The notes below the pieces were generated by a model. It ran no database searches and was not told the origin of the DNA. It saw only the letters and a program-made list of their open reading frames with translations. The position numbers and the translations under genes were made by a program. A stretch of 64,000 nucleotides of DNA, taken from assembly GCA_965216755.1 (NCBI GenBank), contig CBDCGL010000011.1, positions 1,856,001 through 1,920,000 on the forward strand, in the 5' to 3' direction. The stretch's first letter is position 1; each line of letters starts with the position of its first letter. Below, piece after piece: positions 31,413 through 41,673 of this stretch. Origin of the DNA: Alphaproteobacteria bacterium. GTDB lineage: Bacteria > Pseudomonadota > Alphaproteobacteria > UBA7887.

Positions 31413-32972
31413 ATGTCGGATCAAGACGGACAACGTGAACCGTTTCGGTACTCGAACGAAGAACCTTACGGTCATGCATATGCTGGCGAGCTGCCTTGTG
31501 AGATTGATCCAGCGCACGAACCTCAGCTCTTTGAGCCAAAACGCCGTCCGGGCGTAAGATGTTCGACAATATTAGATCTACTGAGGATCTACGAAGGCGT
31601 GGCCATCGCAACAGCGGGGCTAATTTCGTTTGAGTTGTACATTGTCATGGGCGTAGGGGTATTGCGCGGTCAAGAAGTTTCGGGCGTCGAGAAATACCTT
31701 GCAGTTTCCCTCGTCGCAATGGCGTTGGCTGGTGCGGTCTTTCATGGATCTGGCGTGTATCGAGCGGAACTGCTGTGGCAACCGTCCGCGGCGATGCGGC
31801 GGCTCTTGGTGCGGCTTCTTTTGGTTTTTCTTTTTCTGGCTACGGTCGCATTTCTCTCAAAGTCATCTCATTTGTTCTCGCGAGGTTGGGGCATAACGTG
31901 GCTCATATTATGCGTGCTCCTATTGGCCTTGGGTCGCTACGGCGCCTTTTACCTCGCCCGCCGACTCAACAAGTCAGGATACCTTGATCAGGCGGTGGCG
32001 ATCGTCGGAGATCGCGCCTTCGGGGCGGACCTTTGGTTGCGCTTAACCAGTGACACCAAGAACGGAATCGATGTGGTTTGCACTTGCCTTGGTGTAAACC
32101 AACATCAGGGCTCAAAAGACGTCTGGGATTTTCAGAAGAAGCTGCACGATTTCCGTGAATTTGCACGCAATAACCCGCTCGATCAAGTCATCATAGCCTC
32201 AGATTGGTCAAACACGCGTGGCATCCAGAGAATTGTTGACGCACTGAGCGAGTTGGCACTGGATATCCGTTTGGCGCCGACCGGCAGCATATTGGATATC
32301 GCGGGTCATTCGTTTGGCGTTGTCGGTGGTATTCCCATGCTCAACCTTGGGAAAAAGCCCCTGGACGACTGGTGGCGCTTTGGCAAATCAGTCGGAGATC
32401 GCTTTATTGCGAGTTTCTTATTGGCTACATCCACACCAACAATAGTACTAATCGCAATATTGATAAAACTCCAAAGCCCGGGACCGATATTATTTCGGCA
32501 AGCTCGCTATGGTTTTCACAAGAAGTTGTTTCGTGTCTATAAATTCCGCACAATGTACGTAGAGAATCAGGACCTCGCTGCAGAAAGGCTTGTGACGCGG
32601 GACGATTCGCGTGTCACGCCTCTGGGGCGTCTCTTGCGACGTTATAGCCTCGACGAACTACCCCAACTTTATAACGTTATTCGGGGTGACATGTCGCTTG
32701 TCGGACCTCGGCCACATGCGCCGGCGGCGAAAGCCGGGGACCGCCTTTATCAAGACGTCGTCAGCGACTACGCTAAACGCCATAAAATGAAACCTGGGAT
32801 CACCGGCCTGGCGCAAGTTAGAGGATGGCGCGGCGAAACGGATAATGAAGACAAGATTCTTGGCCGCGTGAAGTGTGACTTGGAGTACATTGATAATTGG
32901 TCGATTTGGCTTGATTTAAAGATCCTTGTCAGAACAATTATTGTGGTGGTCCGAGGTACTAATGCCCATTGA
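31413..32972 (+). CDS. Undecaprenyl-phosphate glycosylphosphotransferase (WcaJ-type priming glycosyltransferase)
   Basis: N-terminal TM helices, YKFRTM, SLDELPQLYNVIRGDMSLVGPRP, KPGITGLAQV and DLEYIDNWSIWLD. Confidence 0.94.
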   Translation: MSDQDGQREPFRYSNEEPYGHAYAGELPCEIDPAHEPQLFEPKRRPGVRCSTILDLLRIYEGVAIATAGLISFELYIVMGVGVLRGQEVSGVEKYLAVSLVAMALAGAVFHGSGVYRAELLWQPSAAMRRLLVRLLLVFLFLATVAFLSKSSHLFSRGWGITWLILCVLLLALGRYGAFYLARRLNKSGYLDQAVAIVGDRAFGADLWLRLTSDTKNGIDVVCTCLGVNQHQGSKDVWDFQKKLHDFREFARNNPLDQVIIASDWSNTRGIQRIVDALSELALDIRLAPTGSILDIAGHSFGVVGGIPMLNLGKKPLDDWWRFGKSVGDRFIASFLLATSTPTIVLIAILIKLQSPGPILFRQARYGFHKKLFRVYKFRTMYVENQDLAAERLVTRDDSRVTPLGRLLRRYSLDELPQLYNVIRGDMSLVGPRPHAPAAKAGDRLYQDVVSDYAKRHKMKPGITGLAQVRGWRGETDNEDKILGRVKCDLEYIDNWSIWLDLKILVRTIIVVVRGTNAH

Positions 32973-33092
32973 CATTTTTTTTCGAAACTTGAACGGCCTG
33001 CGGAATTGATGCGACTCTCTTGTTGAAAGCGCAGATCGGAACGGATTTGATCGTTTTCTGAATTAGGTTCGATTCGAACAAGCTATTTGTAA

Positions 33093-34457
33093 ATGGTTTT
33101 TTGGGTCCTCGTTGCCGCTGTACTGCTAACACCCTTGGCAATTGGCTCAGTTGTCATGATGGCGTGGGCAATGTTGGCGTGTCTCGTTGGCGTATTGCTT
33201 CTGGTCTGGTGTTCTTGTCTGTTTGGTGGTTGGGATAGCGCAAGCCTTCGTACGCGGTTGTCGCCATGGTACGTTGTACCTTTCGTACTGATCTGTTTTT
33301 GGATCGGAATCCAACTGTGGCCCACCAATCTGCAAAGCCCCACCACCGAATTCTGGCAAGGAGCGTTCGATGCATTGGAAATGATGCCACGACCGGCTCC
33401 GTTGTCGATCAATCCCTTCGAAACCGTGTCGGCCCTTGTCCGACTCTTAACTTATGCGGGCATTTTTTGGCTTGCAGCTCAATATTGCTATTCCACTCGG
33501 CGTGCGGAACAAGCTTTCGTTTCAATAGCCGTCACCGGGCTCGCATACGGTCTTTACGGACTCGTAGTACAGTTTGGCGGTTTCGACAAAGTCCTGTGGT
33601 TGGACAAAGCGGCCTATGCAAACGTTGTCACGTCGACGTTCGTCAACAGAAACAGTTACGCCACATTCGCTGGAATCGGATTGATTTGCACCATAGGCGT
33701 TTTGGTCAAACGATATGTCGACAGTACCGACTTTGACGCGAGCCTTCGGCGAAATGTCTTAAATGTTATTCGCCTGGCCATGGAAGAAAATCCGGTGCTC
33801 GTTCTGGCTGCACTGGTCATATTGACATCGCTGACCTTGACTGCTTCGCGTGCGGGGATCCTTTGCACTTTTGTTGGGCTCGCTGCGTTCTTTCTTACTT
33901 TTCGTCCAGCGGGTGCGATGACGTCCCGCAATCTTGGAAAAGTCGCTTTTGTGGTGGCACTGTGCATCGTCGGCGTGGCGACCTATAACGGTGCAAAAGT
34001 CCTCGATCGCATGACCACAGCCGATGCCGACATGGACGAACGGCTGAAGATCTACCAGGTGACCTTAGAGGCAATTAAAACAGCCCCGCTAACCGGATTC
34101 GGGTTTGGCACATATGCTGACGCGATTCCACGTTTTCGCGACGAACGCATCGACGGACCGTTCGATAAGGCACACAGCACTTACCTAGAAATGGCCGTTG
34201 AGGTCGGTTTGCCGGCGGCGGCTCTTATATTACTTGCGCTGGTGGGACTGATTCGCCAGTGCGCGTCAGCAATACGGACGCCCAATACGGCCTCAGCATA
34301 TCCGGCGATCGGACTGGGTGTTACCGCGCTCGTCGCCACACATTCTCTTGTGGATTTCAGTATGCAGATTCCTGCGGTAGCGGCCCTCTATGCCATGGTC
34401 ATGGGCATTGCGGTGGGGCAATCTGTGCGTTGCCGGGAATCAGTTCGGGACCTCTGA
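33093..34457 (+). CDS. O-antigen ligase/polymerase (Wzy_C) family membrane protein
   Basis: Multiple TM helices, TFVNRNSYA, TASRAG, GFGFGTY, KAHSTYLE and HSLVDFSMQIPA. Confidence 0.9.
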   Translation: MVFWVLVAAVLLTPLAIGSVVMMAWAMLACLVGVLLLVWCSCLFGGWDSASLRTRLSPWYVVPFVLICFWIGIQLWPTNLQSPTTEFWQGAFDALEMMPRPAPLSINPFETVSALVRLLTYAGIFWLAAQYCYSTRRAEQAFVSIAVTGLAYGLYGLVVQFGGFDKVLWLDKAAYANVVTSTFVNRNSYATFAGIGLICTIGVLVKRYVDSTDFDASLRRNVLNVIRLAMEENPVLVLAALVILTSLTLTASRAGILCTFVGLAAFFLTFRPAGAMTSRNLGKVAFVVALCIVGVATYNGAKVLDRMTTADADMDERLKIYQVTLEAIKTAPLTGFGFGTYADAIPRFRDERIDGPFDKAHSTYLEMAVEVGLPAAALILLALVGLIRQCASAIRTPNTASAYPAIGLGVTALVATHSLVDFSMQIPAVAALYAMVMGIAVGQSVRCRESVRDL

Positions 34458-35204
34458 TGGCACGACGATCTGACCCTGCAAGATTCTGTTGAACGCCGCG
34501 CTGTCTTCCGCGTTGTCTCCAATCGCACGAATCGCGATATCCGCCCGCGCCAAATGATGTGCGAGGGCGACAACACTCCGACGATCATCATGTTTCCAAG
34601 CCAGACGAATTTCGCTTAGAACAGCGTCGCGTGCAAAAGTGCTGAGATGATCCCAAAGCGCAAGGCCAAGCTCAAGCCGGGGGAACGACAAGTCACGTTC
34701 GTGGGGGGCGGATGTGAATGACATTTCGAGTGCTTCGGCCGCGTGCGGCGTCGGTCCATTTATCACCGCCTCCGCAAACGACAGACGCGCCCAAGCAAAC
34801 GGGCGCACCGGCGATAGGGACAGTCCGCGACGAAGCGAAGCAATTGCGGCTCGTCCGGACGTCACATCGATGACCCCCTCACCACCCAGCAGCTCGCCCA
34901 ATGTCAGGTGCGCAGATCCCAAATCCGTGTGGACGCGCCCCGAGGCGACGTACCGCGCCATCGCGGTTCGTGATTCGATAAGCTCTCTGAGTTCGGAAAC
35001 CGTTGGATCTAGACCGGCACGCATGACAGCCAGCGTCGGTTCGCCCGGCAACCCGATAACTGCCGCCACGAGGCGCGATAAGCCACAATACACCAGGAAC
35101 ACGCCAACAATCGCCGGTACGGAAACGGAAACGACACCGATTACGCCGAGCGGCTGTTTTATTGAGTTCTTCGATGTCTTATGGAGCCGTTGCCACACAT
35201 CCAA
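34440..35204 (-). CDS. Hypothetical membrane-anchored helical (TPR-like) protein of the EPS cluster
   Basis: One N-terminal TM; LSLSPVRPFAWARLSFA TPR-like segment; converges on the ligase gene. Confidence 0.7.
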   Translation of the reverse strand: MDVWQRLHKTSKNSIKQPLGVIGVVSVSVPAIVGVFLVYCGLSRLVAAVIGLPGEPTLAVMRAGLDPTVSELRELIESRTAMARYVASGRVHTDLGSAHLTLGELLGGEGVIDVTSGRAAIASLRRGLSLSPVRPFAWARLSFAEAVINGPTPHAAEALEMSFTSAPHERDLSFPRLELGLALWDHLSTFARDAVLSEIRLAWKHDDRRSVVALAHHLARADIAIRAIGDNAEDSAAFNRILQGQIVVPSEVPN

Positions 35205-35240
35205 TCAAAGCTCCAAAGAGATCTCCACCCGGAGGACGAG

Positions 35241-35669
35241 CTAAAAAACCAGCCTGCGCGGCGCGTGGCCAAACCTTCGCCCTCTCAAATACATACTATG
35301 CTTCTTGTGATTGCCGCCGTAGGCATATGCAAAGTGATGGCGCCTCTTTTTCGCCAGTCTCTGGCGGATCAATCTTATGCGCTCTCTGATCTGTCGTTTT
35401 AGGTGCCTTATTCTCTTAAGTTTCTTTTTGAGTATGTCCGGGATGGTCGGGCTCTTCATCTTGTGGCCGCCATGTCCCGACATATACTTCGACGAAACAA
35501 AGTAATTTGTCGGTACGAAATATCTGGCAGGTTGCTCATGCCGGTGCCGCTCCGGCATTCCCCAGCCGTCATCCGCAGACGCCTCGCCAACGTCAAAGCC
35601 GACCAACGCCATAAAGGCGATGACCATCGTGAAAGCCGTCGCGGCTTTGAAAAAAACTTTCACAATCAA
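35241..35669 (-). CDS. Secreted, highly basic Lys/Arg/His-rich hypothetical protein
   Basis: RBS GGGGGA, signal peptide ending ASA-D, then a K/R-rich helix. Confidence 0.55.
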   Translation of the reverse strand: MIVKVFFKAATAFTMVIAFMALVGFDVGEASADDGWGMPERHRHEQPARYFVPTNYFVSSKYMSGHGGHKMKSPTIPDILKKKLKRIRHLKRQIRERIRLIRQRLAKKRRHHFAYAYGGNHKKHSMYLRGRRFGHAPRRLVF

Positions 35670-35889
35670 ATTCCCCCGAGCTTAAGCTCCCACAAACGCA
35701 CGCTGGACGTACATACAGTTAATATTTGTCGGCTTCCTGTCAAATTCACCACCAACAATAAAGAAAGAATATTTATAGCACAATGCTAACGACACGAGGG
35801 ATTCTTTTGGCCTGGGATACTGTGCAAATCATCGGCACATCAGCGGTAACGACCATGGCGAACCCGGCGCGGACAAGCGACAATGCCAT

Positions 35890-38184
35890 TTAGCTCGTGT
35901 AGTAATTTTTGCCATATTTGGATTTGTAATATACACCAGCCTCGCCGGATCGGTATGCTGCAAGTCTTCGTACATCGACACGCGATAGTAACACACCGGC
36001 AATGTCGCCACCGGCGTCCTGCAGGCGTTTCGTCGCCAGTCGTGCGGTCTCCCGGCGTGTTTCGGCCCAACGCACAAGAAAGACAATTTTGTCGGCCCGC
36101 TTCGCGAGGATCTGCGCATCTGATACGGCCATTACGGGCGGCGTATCGACAACAACGTAGTCAAATGACTTGCGCAGCTGACGCAATAAGTTCGCGAACT
36201 TCTCGGAACGCAATAGATTGGGCGGATTGACCGTCGGCATACCCGCGGTGATGAAATGTGTGCCACTCTTGGCATCCCGCTGCAAAACCACCTCGGGTCC
36301 CGCATCCTCGATCAGATAGTCCACCAAGCCCGGTTTCCGTGTCGAGGACAGGAGCATGTGTACCATGGGGCGGCGCAGGTCGCAGTCAACGATGACAACA
36401 TTCTTGCTAACCGCCGCCAACGCGCGCGCGAGGCAAACGGCCACCGTGCTCTTACCTTCGCCCGCGACCGACGAGGTCAACATTATGGTTTTGGGTTCTT
36501 GATCCAAAGCTGACAGCATCAAATTCGTATGCAGTGTGCGAATCGACTCGGCAAAGGCAGATGCCGGCTTGTCCAACGAATAGTCTTGCGGTGAGATCCG
36601 GCCAAAGCGGCTCAACGACGGCACCAACCCAAGATTGCCGACGCCCAATTGAGCCTCGATCTGCTCTCCGTTTCTGAAGCCGCTATCAAGGGTTTCTACC
36701 AGGAAAGCAAGGCCGACCCCCAGCACGCCGGCCCCGACAAACGCCAGACTCAACAATAGCTTGACCTTCGGAAATGATGGTTCGAGGGACTCGGTCGCCT
36801 CGGTTATTATTTGGCCTTCGGCCCTATCAAATCCTTCTTGGCTACCGATTTCTTTGAATCGCGTTAGGAAGCGCGCAAACAGGGCCCGATTTGCTTCGGC
36901 TTCCCGTTCCAAGGCACGCAACTTGACCTCAGAGCCTTTAAGGGCTGCGGCCTGCGTGTTCAAACGCGCCACCTCGCCTCTCAGATACCTTTCGCGTGCA
37001 GCGGCGACGTCCAGATTGGTTCGCCGCCGCTGCAGCTCCTTCCGTATTTCGTTTCCGATCTGCGCATTCAGGTCGTCGATCTCCGCGGCGACACTCAGCA
37101 TTTTCGGGTGACGCGGCCCATATTCTTGCGCCATGTCGGCGACCCGCCGGGTCAATAGTGCCTGCTCGCTACGCAAGTCTTGAATAAGGCGCGAGTCCAA
37201 GATCTCCGCCGCTGCGGGTAGCCCGCCGGTATTGGTGATCGATTCCAATTGGCGCACCTCGGCTTCGGCCTCGGCTTTGGCGCTGTTCGCCAGTACAAGC
37301 TGTGTGTTCAACTCCGAAATCTGTTCGGCCGCCAGCGACGAGTCCTTACCCTCGAACAAGCCGGAGGCGGCTCGGTACTCCTCCACCGCACGATCCGACA
37401 CCAGCGCCTTTTCGCGCAATTCTTCCAGGCGCTCGCCGAGCCACTGGCTCGCCCGTTCGGTGGCTTCAAAGCGTTCATCGAGTTGCGAGACGATATAAAG
37501 ATCGGCGATCTTGTTCGCCACCGCCGCCGCAGTGGCAGGTTCGGCAGATTTGAACGAGATTTCGATCGCCCGCGACAACCCCTTTTGCTTTACGGTAATC
37601 GAATCCAAGACTCTACTAACAACTTTAGCGCGTGTATGTGCGGCTTCCTCGGCCACATCTTCAACCAGCTCATCCTCTGCGCCGACCGTGCTCAACCACG
37701 CCGTTGGAACCAATTGGGACAGATCAAGCAATTTTTTCGCCGGATGCGGATCACGCAACGCGTCGTTAAATTCCGGATTCGCCAGCAATCGCAGGTCGTC
37801 GACCGCGCGGCCGATCAACTTTGTCGATGTTATCCGTTGAATTTCGCTCTGCACCGCTTGAGCATCGCTAGGCAAACCGCCAACGACGGCATCAATGTCA
37901 ACAACCGATCGCTCACGCGGGTCAAGCATGATCACCGCCGTCGCGGTGTAGATCGGCGTCAATTGAAACAATATTAGGGCGGCGATCGTGGTGCATATGG
38001 CCGTCATACCGGCGATTATCACCTTGCGTCGCCAAATCATGTTCAACAACGCTTTGAAGTCGACCAGCTCGTCATCGGGCCCAAGGCCTGATGCGGTCGC
38101 AAGCGGCTCCAAATTCTCTATTGTCGCGAAACGCGACCCGAGAGCTTCATCTTTTCTCACTAACACGTGTGCCATATCGGCCAT
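35890..38184 (-). CDS. Polysaccharide co-polymerase / tyrosine autokinase (Wzc/ExoP/GumC)
   Basis: Wzz-type N-terminus, YGPRHP, Walker A GEGKST, DCDLRRP, VVDTPP and Tyr-rich tail YYKSKYGKNYYTS. Confidence 0.95.
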   Translation of the reverse strand: MADMAHVLVRKDEALGSRFATIENLEPLATASGLGPDDELVDFKALLNMIWRRKVIIAGMTAICTTIAALILFQLTPIYTATAVIMLDPRERSVVDIDAVVGGLPSDAQAVQSEIQRITSTKLIGRAVDDLRLLANPEFNDALRDPHPAKKLLDLSQLVPTAWLSTVGAEDELVEDVAEEAAHTRAKVVSRVLDSITVKQKGLSRAIEISFKSAEPATAAAVANKIADLYIVSQLDERFEATERASQWLGERLEELREKALVSDRAVEEYRAASGLFEGKDSSLAAEQISELNTQLVLANSAKAEAEAEVRQLESITNTGGLPAAAEILDSRLIQDLRSEQALLTRRVADMAQEYGPRHPKMLSVAAEIDDLNAQIGNEIRKELQRRRTNLDVAAARERYLRGEVARLNTQAAALKGSEVKLRALEREAEANRALFARFLTRFKEIGSQEGFDRAEGQIITEATESLEPSFPKVKLLLSLAFVGAGVLGVGLAFLVETLDSGFRNGEQIEAQLGVGNLGLVPSLSRFGRISPQDYSLDKPASAFAESIRTLHTNLMLSALDQEPKTIMLTSSVAGEGKSTVAVCLARALAAVSKNVVIVDCDLRRPMVHMLLSSTRKPGLVDYLIEDAGPEVVLQRDAKSGTHFITAGMPTVNPPNLLRSEKFANLLRQLRKSFDYVVVDTPPVMAVSDAQILAKRADKIVFLVRWAETRRETARLATKRLQDAGGDIAGVLLSRVDVRRLAAYRSGEAGVYYKSKYGKNYYTS

Positions 38185-38419
38185 CGGCGACGGAACGTTG
38201 CGTTAAGCGTTAATCATCTCGCCTGAGTGGTTATATCAACGATCTGGCCCGTATTCCTCCGTGCCCAGAGGTGGCGGCCATGGTTGATCTCGATCGATCC
38301 CATTCCCTGTGGCGCGCTCTTTGTAGCCTTCGATCCAAGAGAGAGACCTTGGTTGATGTAATGCCCGTTTCGGGCGTTGGTTGCAATAGCAATTGATTTA
38401 TTTTGCAGGCCTGCGGTGT

Positions 38420-39010
38420 TTGCCCTCCTAACGATGAATGGAGCCGAACATGGTTTTGATCTTATTGCCAAAGTGAAATGGCCGCGCGTGCCCGTTCTAA
38501 AGACGAGAACGATGCCTCTTTCACCGATTCGCCTGGGAGATACCGGATAGAGCATTCGGCCCGTGCACCGGCATTTCTTAAACGTGATACACCGTTTGCC
38601 AAAAAACTGCATCACCGCCGAACGAACGACAGATACGCCATATTTATTCTTCCGACGCTCGGCGACCTCCGAAAGGTTGGCGCCCGGTTGTGCCGGCCCC
38701 AGGCCGATAAGAATGTCTCATGCTGGTCCCACATAAAACCGTATGGTTGACCCTGCTTGGGTCCACCCATCTGGCCGTAACCTCGATAGCGACGAAACCA
38801 TATTCCCGCTGTCGATATACAAGTCCCAAATCGATTCGCCGTCCGACGGGTCGACTGGCAGTATTCTATCACTCCAATCACGCGTGAACGCCAATCCGAA
38901 CTCTTGCTCCCAGCCACGATCGTCTCCCGGTGCGTCGACAAGAAGAGTGATTCGCATCTTGAATCATACGAAAATCGCCAAACGACTCTGTTGTCACCAG
39001 AGCCGCTCTA
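38420..39010 (-). mobile_element. IS630-family relic
   Basis: Left end TAGAGCGGC at 39010; degraded OrfA (SDWRSRVI...STRRTANRFG..ISTAGIW..KQGQP), FFGKRCITFKK, and decayed DDE-region fragments. Confidence 0.75.
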
Positions 39011-39291
39011 GCCCCCTTCGCACCCTCTTTTTGCCCCGGCACAGATCGGTTCCTTGCCGGCCCTTTTGTAGTCCGTGGTTGATTCCCGAACAGGCAGCGA
39101 CCTGCGCGGGGATCATTGGAACCTGGCGATTTCACCACATCGATGGATATTCTTGCCGCAAGCAGGGCATGTCGATTGTGGTTGCAGATCTGCATCCGTT
39201 GCACGCAACCACGTTTTTCGCTGTGCTATCTTTGCGGGAGCCAGTGCCGAAACGCCACTTGCGATGGGAAACAGCTCGGAAGCGAGGAAAG

Positions 39292-40353
39292 ATGTCAGAA
39301 TCAAAATACAAGGTTGTTGTCCAAAAACAGAAAGGCATCTCATTCGATCTGGCCGACTCGGCCTATGAGATGGAACGCGAAGCGCTGGATCCCATCGGGG
39401 CAGAGATCGTCGAAGTGGCGGCGGAGACCGAAGCGGACTTCATTGCCGCTGCACGAGACGCCGATGCGCTGATCGGGCGCGGCCGCCGGATCACGCGTCC
39501 GATTATCGAACGCCTTGAGAAATGCGTGGCAATCGGTCTTGGCAGCGTTGGCGCCGATACGGTCGACGTGGACGCAGCGACCGAGCACGGCATCGTCGTC
39601 ACGAACGTGCCGGATGTGTTCATTGAAGAGGTCGCGGATCACACCATGGCGCTCTTGCTGGCCGCGTTTCGCCAACTGCCGGCAATGCATACCTTGACTG
39701 CCGAAGGGCGCTGGGCCGAAGGCCGGCCACAGTTTGCCAATCTGCCGCGTCTATGGGGACAGACGATCGGGCTGATCTCGTTCGGCAACGTCGCGCGTGC
39801 TGTCGCGCGCCGCTGTCCCGCCTTTGGCCTGCGGGTTCTCGCCCATGACCCTTATGTTGGCGAACTGGAGATGACCGAGGCGGGCGTGGAGCCGGTGACC
39901 AGCCTGATGGAGTTGCTCGATCGGTCCGACTTCGTTTCCATGCACGCGCCCCTCAACGCCGAAACGCGCCACATGCTGACCGACCGACATTTCGAACGGA
40001 TGAAACGCACCGCTTTATTCATTAACACCGGCCGCGGCCCAACCGTCGATGAAGCTGCTTTGATTCGGGCGTTACAACAAGAAGCCATTGCCGGTGCTGC
40101 CCTCGATGTGTTTGAGACGGAACCCCTGCCCACGGACAATCCCCTGCTTCAAATGCCGAACGTACTCTGCACGCCGCATATTGCCTCGGCCAGCGCGCGA
40201 ATGGCACCGGAAACGCGGCGCCGTCTTGGCCGAGAACTCGCCACCGTCTTGCAAGGTCGTTGGCCGCGCAGTGCCGTCAATCCATCCGTCTTGCCCCGCA
40301 TGCCGTTGCTTCGCTGGCAACCCTACGCGCAGCGCCGCGGCCCCAATCGCTAA
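39292..40353 (+). CDS. D-isomer 2-hydroxyacid dehydrogenase (CtBP/SerA-like)
   Basis: VTNVPD..EEVADH, SDFVSMHAPL, INTGRG, LDVFETEP and TPHIA; ATG 39292 after GAGGA. Confidence 0.93.
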   Translation: MSESKYKVVVQKQKGISFDLADSAYEMEREALDPIGAEIVEVAAETEADFIAAARDADALIGRGRRITRPIIERLEKCVAIGLGSVGADTVDVDAATEHGIVVTNVPDVFIEEVADHTMALLLAAFRQLPAMHTLTAEGRWAEGRPQFANLPRLWGQTIGLISFGNVARAVARRCPAFGLRVLAHDPYVGELEMTEAGVEPVTSLMELLDRSDFVSMHAPLNAETRHMLTDRHFERMKRTALFINTGRGPTVDEAALIRALQQEAIAGAALDVFETEPLPTDNPLLQMPNVLCTPHIASASARMAPETRRRLGRELATVLQGRWPRSAVNPSVLPRMPLLRWQPYAQRRGPNR

Positions 40354-40356
40354 CCT

Positions 40357-40450
40357 TATTTCGGTGACAGTTTACTAAATACACTACGCTTAGTAAGCGC
40401 TTATATGAACATACAATTATTAGTGTATTTAGTAAACTGTCACCGAAATA
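40357..40450. repeat. Perfect 30-bp inverted repeat (REP doublet/REPIN-like hairpin)
   Basis: TATTTCGGTGACAGTTTACTAAATACACTA (40357-40386) is the exact reverse complement of 40421-40450; AT-rich 34-bp spacer. Confidence 0.9.
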
Positions 40451-41409
40451 GCGCAACTTGCAACTCATCCAGCAATGCCCTTGCCTGCTTCAAATCGGCC
40501 GTGTCGAAACCTTCGCTGAACCAGCCATAGACGGGCACGAGAAAATCGTACGCCTGCTTATGTTTGTCTTGCTGATGCCACAAACGGACAAGCGTGGTGG
40601 CGGCCCGAAGTTCCCAAGATTTCGCTCGCTGTGACCGAGCAACCTCAAGTGCCTTTAAGTAGGCCGCCTCGGCCAGTGCGTGTGGACTTGGAGTTCCCCC
40701 GGTTTGATGGACACATTTTGACCGATAGGAGAAAGTGTGCGAATGCTGCAAACAAGAAACCCGTATCCCACGGAATTTGGGGAGCAGATAATTTCGTTGA
40801 CCCGAGCAGGGCGCAGTGCTGAGAGCTTTGCCCGCGAGTTTGAGCCATACGCGGCAACGGGCCATCGAGCGCAAAGCGATCGCCAACGTTGGCCGGCAGG
40901 GCCTTGCCACCTGTCACCTTGTCCACCAACGCCGCGCCATCCCTGCGGCCCAAGCGGTTGAGGGTCAGCGTCGTGACATGGCCACGACCGGTCCACGGCG
41001 GGTCGAACGCCAGCCGAACGGTGATCAGCACCGGCCCGCCCGCGGCCAGCGCCGCGATCAGGGCAAAGGTCTCACCCATGTCATCGGCATTGCGTAGCAG
41101 CCGTGCCCCCATCTTTGCGCGCTTGGTCAAGTGTGTCGTCACGGCCAAAGCCAGCGCTCAAGGCGAACGGCTCGATGATCGGATAGAACGCCGAATTGGT
41201 GTGATGCGGCTTTTGCCGATACCTGGCTCGCCGGATAGCAGCAACACTTGGCGTTCCCCATCCTGGGCTTGGTTCCAACGTCGCAACAGCAGGCCGATCT
41301 CTTCTTCGCGGCTGACCAAGGGTGTCAAAGCGGCGCTATGTGCGGCCTCGAACGCCTCGGCATATTCGCCCACGTCCTGCTCCCGCAGCCACGCCCGGAT
41401 ATCCGACAT
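40440..41409 (-). pseudogene. Relic of a SAM/adenylate cyclase/AAA/TPR gene
   Basis: RBS GGAGG, SAM-like start MSDIRAWL, TPLVSREEE, GEPGIGKSRI, VTGGKALP and C-terminal KSWELRAAT...YGWFSEGFDTADL, spread over several frames with large deletions. Confidence 0.85.
40689..40866 (+). mobile_element. IS3-family relic (left IR plus start of orfA) inside the cyclase pseudogene
   Basis: TGGAGTTCCCCCGGTTTGATGGACAC IRL-like end, RBS AGGAG, then MLQTRNPYPTEFGEQIISLTRAGRSAESFAREFEP. Confidence 0.8.
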
Positions 41410-41673
41410 CCGTTTCCTCCACGCGTAAGACCACGCGCAGCACAACCAACATGCAGCTGTCAGGTCAAAAGCCGATTGCCCGGCGAAGACTGTGGGTCGG
41501 CGCACAAATCATTGAAAAGTTGAAGATAATGTCCAAAGCACGGGCGGGCGAACGATGTCGTCCACCAAGAATGCCACAGCATGTTCGCACCGCCCGTGAC
41601 CCTATTCTGGCCAAGTGCACGTGTTAACCACTGCCCCGGACGCGCAACCGGCCACACATCACCGAGAGAGACG

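Noticed and set aside
38743-39291. N-terminal extension of the 536-aa dehydrogenase ORF
   Set aside because: It overlaps the IS630 relic on the other strand, and a good RBS with ATG exists at 39292
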